Shown: positions 48,701-61,587, numbered from the whole stretch's first letter. The stretch: DNA of 63,594 nt, filler included, from Chiloscyllium plagiosum (GCF_004010195.1; 5 parts of one record of this genome joined end to end with filler, not necessarily neighbours in it), one strand, 5' to 3'. Notes: generated by a model from the sequence alone, not told the origin. Numbers and translations: made by a program.

Positions 48701-51097
48701 GCTTCATATGGCTTGGTGTAAAATTTACAGAATAATTGTTCCTGTGAGTTGTCTCTATTATAACTTAGTGGGCTAACAGTATGATATAGATGCAAGTTTT
48801 TGTTGCAGGCAGTCATAGTTTATCCTCTGATTTGTTGCCTCTCCCAGAAGGTTACATTGCTGTGAGGTTAAGGAGTGGAGTGGGGTGGGTGGAAAGAGGA
48901 GAATGAAGAACTGTTTGATCATAGTGCTCCAGCCATCAAGGTACGCAGCCACCTTGACAGAATAATAGTGACTTTCAAGCTTGTCAATAATATTTGTTCA
49001 CACAAGAAGATTACCTGGAAATATCTCTGGATAAACTAAGGCTTTAGGACACAATGGATAGCAACCACAGTGAACTGCTTCCAACCTAACAAATTAAAAC
49101 ATTCAACAAGTTATTTGAAGAATTACAATAGGTGTGATATCAGCAAAAATATACTCATAAAATTACACATCATAAGGAATACTATATGCTACCGAGTCTT
49201 AAAATTCCAACAATATATGAAGTGATCAGTTAGTCCTTATTAGCATGACTAACTATATTGCAGCAACTAGGAACCATCTTGCAATACAGAATTCTTGGCA
49301 CAATTATTACCTTCACTTTCCTGCTCTGGATTGACACTATTCTAAAGTTTCTAACATAGCTGTACCGTAACTGGATATTGATTGGGTTGAGGTACATGAT
49401 ATAAAAAAACCCTCCACTTTTCTTTTTTGTTTACAGGGAAGTGGTCAGCTATTGGTAGTAAACCAATTGTTCCTCAGCAATAATGTGGCTATCTTGGTAT
49501 ACAAAACCTAACCAAGAAAACAGGAGCTCTTTCAAATAGGGACTGTGGTCATGGTTTGCATTAAAGTAATTTCAAATTAATTTAAAAAAAACATTTATCA
49601 TAAAATTGCAGATTTTGTTGTGCATTAGTACAAATTGTACATTTTTGAAGTAAACCACTGAAAATTACAATCAGAAGCAGTTTGAAAGTTAAATTGTGGA
49701 CAATAATGGTCTGGATTTTCCGATACCCAGAAACTCTCTTCTGAAGCATAGATGGAAGTTGCGCTTGGGGACACTAAGGAATCCCCATTATAGTAGTCAA
49801 TGGAATTGCTGGGAAATTTAAAATCCTGCTGAACAGCTCCCCTACGCTTGGAAAATCTCCAAAGGAATTCATTTAAACCAGAGAATTTTGAAGGGTTCAT
49901 TTGCAGCTAAGTACACAGTTACTCAGAAAAAGTTAAGGATATTGAAACCTAATCTAGACGGTGGGTAACATTTCAACTGACCCCAGTTTACCCTACATTC
50001 CCTTAATTACACTCTCTCAAACACCTAACACCTCAGACCCTGCCTGTCACGTCCTCATCACCTGGGACCTGCAGTCTCCTCCCCCCCCCCCCCCCCCCCC
50101 CGCCAAATCCTCATCCCATGACACGTTCCCTCCGTACTTGGGAAGTAACTCTCTTGCCCTACTGCTGAACCTAGGACTTCTCCTTCCCTGCATTTCCTGC
50201 CCACCCTCCACCAGGTTCCAACTTTCCAACCCCATTGGAGGACCCGATCATCTCTTGCTCCCCGCTGGATCAGATATTTTGCATTCACGTCAATCTATCC
50301 TAAACACTTCATCTGTGACCTGGCTTCCTTTCCATCTTGCACCCTACTCCATACCTACTTGGCACCGTTAGCTCCTATCATCCTGAACACCTGGCACCCT
50401 CACCTGAGTCTTACCATTTTAGCAATATTGTGAAGGTGGCTGTCTGTGATGCTGGACCAATAGTTTCAGAGCATGGCAACTGACTGCTGTGAAAAAAAGG
50501 GACATGGTTTCCTTCTTTTGACTATCAACAGCTTGTCAGAATGGAAAAACGGCTTCATATTTCTGAAGGAGCCCAAGTCAGATTCTCAGAAAAAAATGAT
50601 GCTCTTTCATTGCATTGAGAGACTCCTTGGAAAATCCAGTCCATGTACTTTTTTTTTCTGCGTATTGCTGTAATAGGCTTTCACATTTTTATATATTGTT
50701 ATTTGCCCTTTTTTGAAAAACATTTTTGGATTTTAGGTTGCAATCCAATCCTGATTTACAGCGATACTCACATGATCTGGAAATCATGGTCAATTCAAAC
50801 CTGTCTGCAGCCCGAGCAACAACCTGCTGAAAGTGTTATATTTATTTTGTCTCATATTGCTCAGATTCCAGTGTTAAGAAAATAAAAATCAAATAAAATG
50901 ATTCCCCACTCAATTATCATCGATGAGTTAAGTTTTTACTAAATTTAAAAGTTACAACAAAACTAAATTATCGCGCCAACAAAGGAATTTATACAAACAT
51001 CTATCAGGATTTGGTGAGCATCTATGAAAATAATTTTGAAAAGCAATGCAAACTTTGCAGCAATTTTCTTCATAATTTTACTCCTTGCTTGTTTGAA

Positions 51098-51602
51098 TTA
51101 TAAGAAGGATAATATTAAGCTTCAGTGGGTGCAGAGGGCGCAGAGGAGATTTACCAGGATGCTGTTGAGTATGGAAAGTTTGAGTTATAAAGAAAAGCTG
51201 GAACTTCTTTCACTGGAGCCTATACAGGAGGTTGAGAAGTGACCTTATAGAAGTTTATAAGATCATGAGGGGTATAGAAAGAGTTAACGATAGATATCTT
51301 TTCCCTAGGATGGGGGACTTCAAGACTAGGGGGCATATTTTTAAGGTGATAGGAGAAAGAATTAAAAAAGACATGAGAGGCAAGTTTTTTTTTTACACAG
51401 ACGGTGGTTCGCCTGTGGAATGAACTTCCTGAGGAAGTGGTGGATGTGGGCACTATTACAACATTTAAAAGATATTTGGATAAATAAATGAATAGGAGAG
51501 GTTTGAAGGGATATGGGCCAGGAGCAGGCAGGTGGGACTAGTTTAGTTTCGGATTATGTTCAACATGGACTGGTTTCTGCACTGTATGACTATGACTCTA
51601 TG
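51098..51602 (+). mobile_element. CR1 3' fragment
   Basis: QRRFTRML, RSDLIEVYKIMRG, TRGHIFKV; tatgactatgactcta tail. Confidence 0.92.
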
Positions 51603-51984
51603 GTGCACATAACTGTTAACTGCAGCTGTCAGAAACCAATCAGAACATGGCTATAGTTCATACTCAACAATACATTGCTACAGCTCAGAGTGGGAATAGA
51701 GCTGAAATGAGGAGCAAAGACGATGAGATAAATCAAGATTTCAGCAAAACAGTGCCATGCTTGAGATTTAAAAGCCCCTGGAGTGTTGAAGACAGATGAT
51801 AACATTTACATTTATTTACATAAAAACATGATGATCTCATGACACTCCAATATGCTTTGTCCCTATTATTACATGATAGCCTTTGTCTACCACATTTCAT
51901 GCACTACATGTAAACGTGTAACAATCTCACAGACAACCAAGTACAAATGACCAGATAAGGTAGTTTAGTATTACTGGTTAAAAA

Positions 51985-52170
51985 CAAATTGTGAACAGAC
52001 ACTAGAGGGAACTTTGAATAGTGTCATGGAATCTTGAAAGTACAGGTAGGGCATCTCATCTGAAAGATGGCCACCAACAATGCAGTACTGAGTTAGAATC
52101 CTAGAATGAATTCAAATCTCTGCAGAAGGGAAGTAATACAGATTACCTGAGCCCTAGAAGCAGGCTGGTG
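51985..52170 (-). mobile_element. Degenerate Deu-domain SINE
   Basis: tgaatagtgtcatggaatctt..catctcatctgaaagatggc..caatgcagtact resembles the antisense Deu domain as I recall it. Confidence 0.5.
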
Positions 52171-53084
52171 GCCTTGTAATCGCTCCCAGAAATCCATTAT
52201 TGTTCTTGTTTTACATCATGTATAAAGGTTGCACAGTGTTACCATACCAAGTAAATACATATTTGACTACTTTTGAGTGACCTTGAAATTACGAGGTCTC
52301 ATGAAATCACTGTCTGCTATTTCAGCAGAGACATTAACCTATTTATTATTGCTAAAATAGTGGACAAGGAATTTCAAATAAATCCATCTTCATACTTTTA
52401 TTGCTTAACAGAATTGCTATGGCCATGAAATTATACTATGCTCTAAAGTCTGTGCAGCCAGACTTCTCTGGTACAATGGTACATGTTTGATAATTCAACC
52501 ACAGCTTTCATCCATCCTCTTCTCAGTGGTCTTGTTACTCGTGAAGCACAGCTAATCCTGGCTATGTCTACCTCATTGTCCCTACACCATCTACTAACAG
52601 AATAAAGAAAAACTAGCAGAATAAATTAAAGAGCTTTTCTTTAAAAAAAATTGTTTTTAAGAGGTGGAGGAGAGCATTTCCAACTTCATTCAGCCACAAA
52701 CATGTGTGTGTGGTGGACTAACAATTCAAATAAGTCATACTGGCATATTCTCTTTGATGCCAACAACTCTCCTTTAGTCCAAATGAATGATTTATTCTCA
52801 CATGTATTTTACAGTAACAGTACAATAACATACAAATGAAAAGCTTTCATTTGTTGCCATGATTTGGTATTATTTTGAATAATTCAAGAATAAGGAAAAA
52901 GAAAGATATAGTTTAAAGATAGTCCATCAGACCTGAGCCCGCTTATCATCATCAATGACACCTGCACCACCATCTCTCCTCCACCGCTTCACCATCTAGA
53001 CTGGATCCAATCAAGTTCCAAGATGCCAATCCTCAGGAGCCATCTTTCGAAAAGACAACAATCTTATTGTCCTGAGGCAATTAA

Positions 53085-54590
53085 TAGAAATACTCAGAGT
53101 TTTACAACATGGAAAGAGGCCCTTCATTCCAACTTGCCCACGTCAATCATCAACCTAGTCTAATTCCACTTTATAGCATGTGGTCCACAGGCTTGCATGC
53201 AATGGCATTTCACATGTTCACTAAAAACTCCTTAAATGTTATGTGTTCCTGCCTCTACCGTCCTTTCAGGCAATGAGTTCCAATGCACCTGATACTGGGT
53301 AAATATAAATTCCAGAAATCTTCTCTCAACTTCCAGTCACTTTCACTAAATCTATGTCCACTGTTTATTGACATATTTCTTCCTATCTACCTTGTCTATG
53401 CCACTCATCATTTTGTACACTTCAGTTAGGTTCCCCTTCATTCTCATCTATCTAGTCTCTCTCCTTGTAACTGAAATCCTCACACAACATCCCGGTGAAA
53501 CTTGTCTGCACACTCTCTGGTGCAACCACATCCTTCCGATATTGTGGTGGCCAGGAATTGTACACAGTACTTCAACGGTGCCATATTTGATGTTTTATAA
53601 AGCTCTATCATAACCTCCTTGCTGTTGTATTCAATGCTTTGACAAGTCAAGGCAAGTGCCCCATATGCCTTCTTAACCACCACATCAACCTGTCCTGCTA
53701 AGTTCATGGATCCAAATTCATGAGCACCAAGGTCCATATGGTCCTTTGTAACCTTTAGGGTTCACCATTCACAATGTAGCTCTTTGCCTTGCTAGTCCTT
53801 CCAATAAGATGCAAAATATTCATTTAAAATCTCATCTATGTCTTCGGCTCCACACAGATTGTCCCTTTTGTCCCTAATGGACCCTGATCTTTCCCTAGTT
53901 ATAACTTGTCCCCTAATATATTTTATTATTTTACAGCAATATAGATTTTCTATTAATTTACTCTTCAGTGTTTCTCCATGCCTCTTGTTCATGTTCCTGC
54001 TTTAATTTTTAAGCAAGCCCCTGCACTTTGAATACCTTGCTAGGGCTTTTGCTGCTTTGAGCCATTAGTATCTGCCATATTTTCCTTTTTTAACCTGACC
54101 CAATCTTGTACATCCCATGACACCCAGGATTCTCGAGACTTGCTGGTCTCACCCTTTGCCTTTACAGGAACATTTACTCTCAATGCTTCCTTTTTGAATG
54201 AATCCTATTGCTCAGATGCAAATTTTCCGACAAGCAGCAGCTCCCAGTCCACTTTGGCCAAATTTTGTCTTACATTAAAATCAACCTGCCTCAATTCAGG
54301 TCCTTCATTTCTAGTCCATATTTGATCTTTTCCACAATGACCATAAAGCTTATGAAGTTATGATCACCATCACAAAAATGCTCCCCACTGATGTTTCTAC
54401 CATTTGCCTACTTCGTTCCATAAGATTAAGTCTGGCAACACTCCCTCACTTTCAATTTGCTGGTTTAAAAATCTCGACTGAATATATTTTAAGAATGCTG
54501 TCCCCTTCTTACCTTTCACACCCTATCTATTGCAATTAATATTGGGCAATGTGACATCCACTATTATTTGGGTAAGTTGAAATCCACTAA
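53085..54590 (-). mobile_element. Old, internally deleted CR1 (APE to 3' UTR)
   Basis: VVKKAYGALA..IEYNSKEV..LYKT; ILNEYFAS; HFCDGDHN; GFQLT(GDFN) remnants. Confidence 0.85.
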
Positions 54591-54644
54591 TACTGAGATG
54601 TGAGATGTGCTGACATATTGGTCCTTCAATCTCTCCCTGACTGT

Positions 54645-55449
54645 TTGGTGGTGGAGGGTTGTTTTTCAGTCTGGAGGCCTGTGACCAGTGGAGTGCCACA
54701 AGAATCGGTGCTGGGTCCTTTATTTTTTGTCATTTACATAAAGGATTTGGAAGCAAGCATAAGAGGTACAGTTAGTAAGTTTGCAGATGACAACAAAATT
54801 GGAGGTGTAATGGACAGCGAAGAAGGTCACCACAGATTACAACAGGATCTGGACTAGATGGGCCAAAGACTGAAAAGTGGCAGATGGAGTTTAATTCAGA
54901 TAAATGCANNNNNNNNNNNNNNNNNNNNNNNNNNNNNNNNNNNNNNNNNNNNNNNNNNNNNNNNNNNNNNGAAAAGATTTACAAGGATATTGCCAGGGTT
55001 GGAGGATTTGAGCTATAGGGAGAGGCTGAACAGGGTGGAGCTGTTTTCTCTGGAGCATGGGAAGCTGAAGGGTGACCTTATAGAGGTTTACAAAATTATG
55101 AGGGGCATGGATAAGGTAAATAGACAAAGTCTTTTCCCTGGGGTCAGGGAGTCCAGAACTAGAGGGCATAGGTTTAGGGTGAGAGGGGAAAGATATAAAA
55201 GAGACTTAAGGGGCAACGATTTCACACAGAGGGTGGTACGTGTATGGAATGAGCTGCCAGAGGAAGTGGTGGAGGCTGGTACAATTGCAACATTTAAGAG
55301 GCATTTGGATGGGTATATGAATAGGAAGCGTTTGGAGGGATATGGGCCGGGTGCCAGCAGGTGGGACTAGATTGGGTTGGGATATCTGGTCGGCATGGAC
55401 GGGTTGGACTGAAGGGTCTGTTTCCATGCTGTACATCTCTATGACTCTA
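54645..55449 (+). mobile_element. CR1 RT plus 3' end spanning a 62-N gap
   Basis: TSGVPQESVLGP..SKFADDNK; FTQRVVRVWNELP; ctctatgactcta tail. Confidence 0.95.
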
Positions 55450-55472
55450 ACACTCATTCACCTGTTCTATCC

Positions 55473-55692
55473 GGGGAGAAAGTGAGGACTGCAGATGCTG
55501 GAGATTAGAATTGAGAGTGTGGTGCTGGAAAAGCACAGCAGGTCAGGCAGCATCTGAGGAGCGGGAGAATCGACGTTTCGCGCAAGAGACTTTCATCAGG
55601 AATCCCGATGAAGGGCTCTTGCCCGAAACATAGATTCTCCTGCTCCTCGGATGCTGCCTGACCTGCTGTGTTTTTCCAGCACCACACTCTCG
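55473..55692. mobile_element. Fold-back PLE-A mini-element with 14-bp TSD (1 mismatch)
   Basis: cacctgttctatcc 55459-55472 / cacctgttctgtcc 55693-55706; arms centred at aggaatccc (~55602). Confidence 0.93.
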
Positions 55693-55739
55693 CACCTGTT
55701 CTGTCCACCTATTCCCATACTCACTAGCATGTGGCACCT

Positions 55740-56400
55740 GGAATAAAACAGATATTACAACATTTGAGGTCCTGCTTTTCAGTCTACTACCTTGCTCCCT
55801 AAATTCTTCTTACAGAACTTCATTCCTCTTTTTACTTATGTCTTTGGTAACTACGTGACTCATAATGCCCTGGAGCCAGTGACATCCTTGGGAGGCAGTA
55901 CACCATCTTGGAACCACATCTGCGGCAGCCTCCATTCCTCACTATTGGGTCACCTATCATTATTGGTCTTCTTCTCTTCCTCCACACGCCCTAACCTCCT
56001 CTTAGTGCTGCTGCGGTCTGGCTGTGCTACCCAGTCTAACACTGTCTTACTGTTTTCCAACACAGAAAATCTGTTCTTGATCGATATGCGCTCTGAGGCT
56101 TTCCTGACTACCTGTTTGCTTTCCATCTCCATAATGGTGGTCACCCACTCCTTCTCTGAAAGTATTTCTGTAAGCTGCAGCATGACCATGTCTAAAAGCA
56201 TACTATTTACACAATTCTCAGCCTTGCAGAAGCACTGCTGTGCTTCCAGTATAGGTGTAAGCTCTGAAGCCCAGCACTCCAGCTGGCCAAATCCTGGCAC
56301 TACCTTTAAACGTCGTCATCCAAGCTGCCAGGAGTACCAACAACTTTTCACATAGTACAGGCTGTGCAAAACACGAGACTGAGCTTCCCCACCAGAACGT
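55740..56400 (-). pseudogene. Decayed CR1 ORF1 (N-terminal coiled region plus esterase start)
   Basis: EWVT...KQVV...ISIKNRFSVL followed by frameshifted IGDPIVR..SKMVYCLP. Confidence 0.7.
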
Positions 56401-56984
56401 TAGTTAAAGTAATATTTCTCTAAATTTAAGCTAACTAGAAAATTATTAAAAAGTTTATTTTTTTAAAAAAGTTAGACCTTTTAGCTTTCCTTAAAGCATC
56501 TTTAAAGTGGAAAAGAAAATGGATTGGAGACTTCGAGCTCCCAGGTGCTAACTGTGATACTCCAAATTAACATTCAAGTGTAATATTGGGCTGAAAGGGT
56601 ATCAACCCACAGATGCATTTGGAAATGCTCAGTATTTGGACTTAGTTATTTTATTTGCAATGCTATCAATATTTTACCTTTCATCCTTGTAATGTAAACA
56701 CCATTAATATAAGTTAACCTATCAAAGGTTGCCTCTCTTGCACTGGTAGTGTTATATTTACTCCATCAGTAGAACTCTGAATGCAACAAAATCTATTATC
56801 TCAGGTAAGTGGGCATATTCGTGCTGTGACACTGTATGTACAAATAAATTGAAATAGTCAGACTGTTTGTTCTTTTTATTCTGGTTGCACTAATTTCAAT
56901 CTCTTTACTGTCAGGAATGTACTAACCGACAGGAGGACTATACTCATTTTAGAAAGGATAGACAATTTCAAAATATGAGTCAAA

Positions 56985-57915
56985 GAGGTGCTGGAAAAGC
57001 AAAGCCGGTCAGACAGCATCCGAGCAGCAGGAGAATTGATGTTTTTAGGTCGATGAAGTAGGGCGTGAAGGTGAAAGGTCGGAGAGGAGGGTGGAGCGAT
57101 TAGGTGGGAAAGAAGATGGACAGGTAGGTTAGGTCAAAAGGATGTTGCCGAATTGAAAAGTTTGATCTGGGATATGGTGGGAGGAAATGAGAACACCGGT
57201 GAAATCCATATTGATCGTGTTGGTTGGAGGGTCCCAAGGCGGAAGATGAGGCGTTCATCCTCCAGGCGTCGGGTGATAAGGGTTTGGCAGTGGAAGAGGC
57301 ACAGATCCTGCATGTCCTTGGCAGAGTGGGAGGGGGAGTTGAAGTATTCAGCCACGGAGCGGTGGTGTTGATTGGTGCGGGTGTCCCGGAGATGTTCTCT
57401 GAAACGATCCGCAAGTAGGCATCTTGTCTCCCCGATACAGAGGAGACCACTTCGGGAGCACCGGACACAGTAGATTCCGTGTTTGGAAGTGCAGGTACAT
57501 CGCTGACAGATGTGGAAGGCTCCTTTGAGGCATTGGATGGCGGATGGATGTCCATAGTGAAGATGAGGCGTTGGGGGCCAGGGAAACAAAAGTCATGGAG
57601 GAGGTGGAGAGTGTAGATGGTGTCCCGAACATAGGTGGGGAGTTCCTGGATTGGGGGGATAGAACTGTGTCAAGGTATGTAGAGATAAGTTCAGTGGGGC
57701 AATCAAGTATGTGAATTTTGGGTAGGAGGTAGAACTGGGTGGTGCAGGGTTCCCAGATGATGAGGTTGGGGGCTATGGGTGGGAGATCCCCTGAGGTTGT
57801 ATGTGGTTTGGGATATGATGGTTTGGTGATGGGAGGTGAGGCCGTGGTCAAGGGGGCAATAGGAGAAGGTGTCTGCGAGTTCACGCTGGACTTCAGTGGT
57901 GTAGATGTCGATATG
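56985..57915 (-). mobile_element. PLE-A fragment: RT N-terminus fused by deletion to GIY-YIG and 3' end
   Basis: FYLLPKIH..CPTELISTYLD, LIFTMDI, then GIYCVRCSRSGLLCIGET..RFREH..LIFRLGTLQP. Confidence 0.9.
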
Positions 57916-58054
57916 TTCTGTGGTGGAGTTGGGTCTCCTGGGAGCAGACACAGCAGAGGAACTATGTTTTGTGATGGAATAGGTCCTCCTTGGAACAAAT
58001 GTGGCGGAGGCGGTGGAATTGGTCTGCCTGGGAGCAGATACAGTAGAGGACGCA

Positions 58055-59046
58055 CGTGGTCCTCCCATGATCCCTTGCAGCGCATCTCATCCATTTCCTG
58101 CATCTCTGCCCTCAACCACACCACTCTGCAACAAGGACAGAATTTCCCTCATCCTCACCTTCCACCTCACCAACCAATGGATACATCACATTATCCTCCG
58201 CCATTTCTGCCACCTACAGACACCCCTATCTGCATTCTGTAAAGACCAGTCCCTCCATAGCTTCCTTGTTAGGTCCTTGCCCCCCACCAACCCACCCTCC
58301 CTCACACTGCAGGAATTGCAAAACCTGTGCCTGTACCTCCCCCCTCTTACCTCCATCCAAGGCCCCAAAAGAGGTTTCCACATCCGTCATAGATTTACCT
58401 GCACTTCCACACACATCATCTAATGTATCTGTTGCTCCTGATGAAGTCTCCTCTACATTAGGGAGACAGGACGCATACTTACGGAACGCTTCAGAGAACA
58501 TCTCCAGGACACAGGCACGAAACAACCCCATCACCCTTTGGCCGAACACTTTAACTCCCCCTCCCACTCGGCCAAGGACATACACGTCCTGAGCCTCCTC
58601 CACCACCAAACCATTACCACTTTATGCCTGGAGAAAGAACGCCTTATCTTCTGCCTTGGGACCCTCCAACCACATGAGATCAATATGGATTTCACCAGTT
58701 TTCTCATTTCACCTTCCCCCCACGCCAGATCCAACTTTCCAACTCAGCACCACCGTCTTGACCTGTCCCACTTGTCTATCTTCCTTCCCATCTATCCACT
58801 CCACCCTCCTCTCTGACCTATCATCTTCACTCCCTTCTTCGTCTACCTATCACATTCTGAGCTACCTTCCCCCCAGCCCATGCCCCATCCCATTTATCTC
58901 TCAGCCCCCTTAGGCCACCCCTTCATTCCTGATGAAGAGCCTATGCTCGAAACATCGATTCTCCTGCTCCTTGGATGCTCCTGGCTGTGCTTTGCCAGCA
59001 CCACACTCTTCAACTCTGACCTCCAGCATCTACAGTGCTCACTTTC
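58055..59046 (+). mobile_element. PLE-A fragment: linker, GIY-YIG and 3' end with hammerhead (58929-58954)
   Basis: NKDRISLILTFH, CRNCKTC, AEHFNSPSH, LIFCLGTLQP; CTGATGAa-gagc-ctat-gctc-GAAA-catc. Confidence 0.92.
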
Positions 59047-59500
59047 AAAACATGCCCTATAATATGAATATTGTGATGTGCCACTGATTTCTCAGATACT
59101 ATGCAAGATTTAAGTGTTAGACTAAAGCAGATATAATACTAAAATAAAAACAGAAGTGCTGGAGAAACTCAGCAGGTCAAGCAGCAACTGAGGAGATGTT
59201 TCAATGTAACTCTCGTTTGGAACTCGATGAAATCTGTTATCTTACATGAGTCCATGTACATCTGCTGTGGTACTCTGTACATATGAAGAAATTAGAATAA
59301 AAAGTCTATGTCCCCATTTAATCTGGTTACATTAGTGGTCTCATTAGTATCTCATATTGTTGAACATGCTTTGTTTTGCTTGCCTACATCTTAAGCCAAA
59401 TATATCTAACTGGAGTATGGAAATACCAGCATATTTCAGTTAACCTTCTTTACAGTTTACATTACCAATTTAGACTTGGAAATGGGAAATATATTTCAAA

Positions 59501-59953
59501 GTTGTGGGTATCTTCACCGAGCTGCGAAGATGATTTGCAGACATTTCGTCCCCTGTCTAGTTGACATCTTCAGTGCTTGAGAGCTTCATGTGAAGCGCTG
59601 CTATAATATGTCTTCTGGAATTTATTTGGTTACATTCCTGTTGCTTCCTGTTGCCAGTTCCGGCAACAGAGGACAGCCAGAGAATTTCTAGAGGCATGGC
59701 ACTCATTCACGGACACCATCAATAAACGCAGACCTGGTCCCAATATACCAGTCACTTAAATGAACAAGCAGAACCGGCAACCGGAAACAGCAGGAATGGA
59801 ATCAAATAAATTTCAGAAGATACAGCACAGCAGCACTTAAGATGTCACCTAGGTGGGGGATGAAACGTCTGCAAATCAACTTCCCAGCTCAGCGAACATA
59901 CCCACAACGATGGCAACTGGCACTTGACCTACAAAACCTTTCGCAAACGTTGA
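59501..59953 (+). mobile_element. PLE family D fold-back element with ORF C-terminus and 10-bp TSD
   Basis: Inverted arms ~59501-59663 / ~59772-59908; central AREFLEAWHS..TINKR.DL.PIYQSL; TSD atatttcaaa 59491-59500 / 59954-59963. Confidence 0.88.
59537..59577 (-). ncRNA. Hammerhead ribozyme motif (family D)
   Basis: Reverse complement GCA-CUGAAGA-U-GUC(..)GAC-GAAA-UGUC-UGC. Confidence 0.7.
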
Positions 59954-60765
59954 ATATTTCAAAATTTATGGGCGCCTCCAAATAGGGAAACGTAATTAAA
60001 CAAAAGAAGAATGTGACAAAATATAAGATATTCCCTCCATCATTACATCAGAAGTGGGAATGCTTGCTTGATTCCACAATGTTCTGTACAAGTCATAACA
60101 CCTCAGATATTGATGCAGTCTGCACCCTTGCGGGGCCAGACGTAAACAATATTTGGGTTTGAGTTAGTAAGTGGCAAGTCGTAGTCTCACATCACAGAAT
60201 TGCCAAGCAATGACAATTGACAACAAGAAAAAAAATATAACTACTTTCACTTAGCATTCCATGACACTACCACCTCCGCTTTCCCCACTATCAACATTCT
60301 GGAGGTTATTACTTACCTTCAGTAGCATATCAATTTTCAATGTGTCTGAAGTTAATGATTAACTTTTAAGTATTTCATTAACCACGGTGATTTCTTTTTC
60401 AACAATTTGAAGGAGCTTCTTTAGCAGCATTAAGGGTTTTTTTGGTTTAACATAGGGTGTCTCAAGATCTAGCAAGGTAAGCCATTGTGTTTTAGCATCT
60501 TTTAGAAATTTATAGACAGATTTCTTTTTAATTTAGGGAACACATGTAAGCTTAGAAAGACATTTTTTCATTTTACTTTGCTTTGAGTAGTTCTGTGAAG
60601 ATTTGGACAGACATGGTTGTATAGAGCAGTGCTCCAGTGAAGAGGAGAATATAGTCAAATTAGAATACTTTATTGTAAGGAATTAGTGATAGACCCAAAT
60701 AAGAAGTGCTAGGACAACACCTTGAAGAGGTTACTTGAAGCTGAATACATTTAAGATCAGGTAAA

Positions 60766-61487
60766 GAGTCATAGAGATGTACAGCATGGTAACAGACCTT
60801 TCAGTCCAACCCGTCCATGTCGACCAGATATCCCAACCCAATCTATTCCCAGCTGCCAGCACCCGACCCATATCCCTTCAAACCCTTGCTATTCATACAC
60901 CCATCCAAATGCCTCTTAAATGTTGCAATTGTACCAGCCTCCATCACATCCTCTAGCAGCTCATTCCATATACGTACCACCCTCTGCGTGAAAAAGTTGC
61001 CCCTTAGGTCTCTTTTATACCTTTCCACTCTCACTCTAAACCTATGCCTTCTAGTTATGGACTCTCCGACCCCAGGGAAAAGACTTTCTCTATTTATCCT
61101 ATCCATGCCCCTCATAATTTTGTAAACCTCTATAAGGTCACCCCTCAGCCTCCGACGCTCCAGGGAAAACATTCCCAGTCTGTTCAGTCTCTCCCTCTAG
61201 CTCAAATCCTCCAACCCTGGCAACATCCTTGTAAATCTTTTCTGAACCCTTTCGGGTTTCGCAACATTTTTCAGACAGGAAGGAGACCAGAATTCCACGC
61301 AATATTCCAACAGTGGCATAACCAATGTCCTGTACAGCCACATCATAACCTCCCAACTCCTGTACTCAATATTCTGACCTATAAAAGAAAGCATACCAAA
61401 CACCTTCTTCACTATCCTATCTACCTGCGACTCCACTTTCAAGGAGCTATGAACCTCACTCCAAGGTTTCTTTGTTCAGTAACACTC
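60766..61487 (-). mobile_element. CR1 3' end
   Basis: Same subfamily as 5513-6678. Confidence 0.95.
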
Positions 61488-61587
61488 NNNNNNNNNNNNN
61501 NNNNNNNNNNNNNNNNNNNNNNNNNNNNNNNTTAATTAATTAANNNNNNNNNNNNNNNNNNNNNNNNNNNNNNNNNNNNNNNNNNNN

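Noticed and set aside
50081..50101. C21 run and Pro- or Gly-rich ORFs
   Set aside because: A simple homopolymer of uncertain length in low-complexity DNA; G-quadruplex potential alone is not informative.
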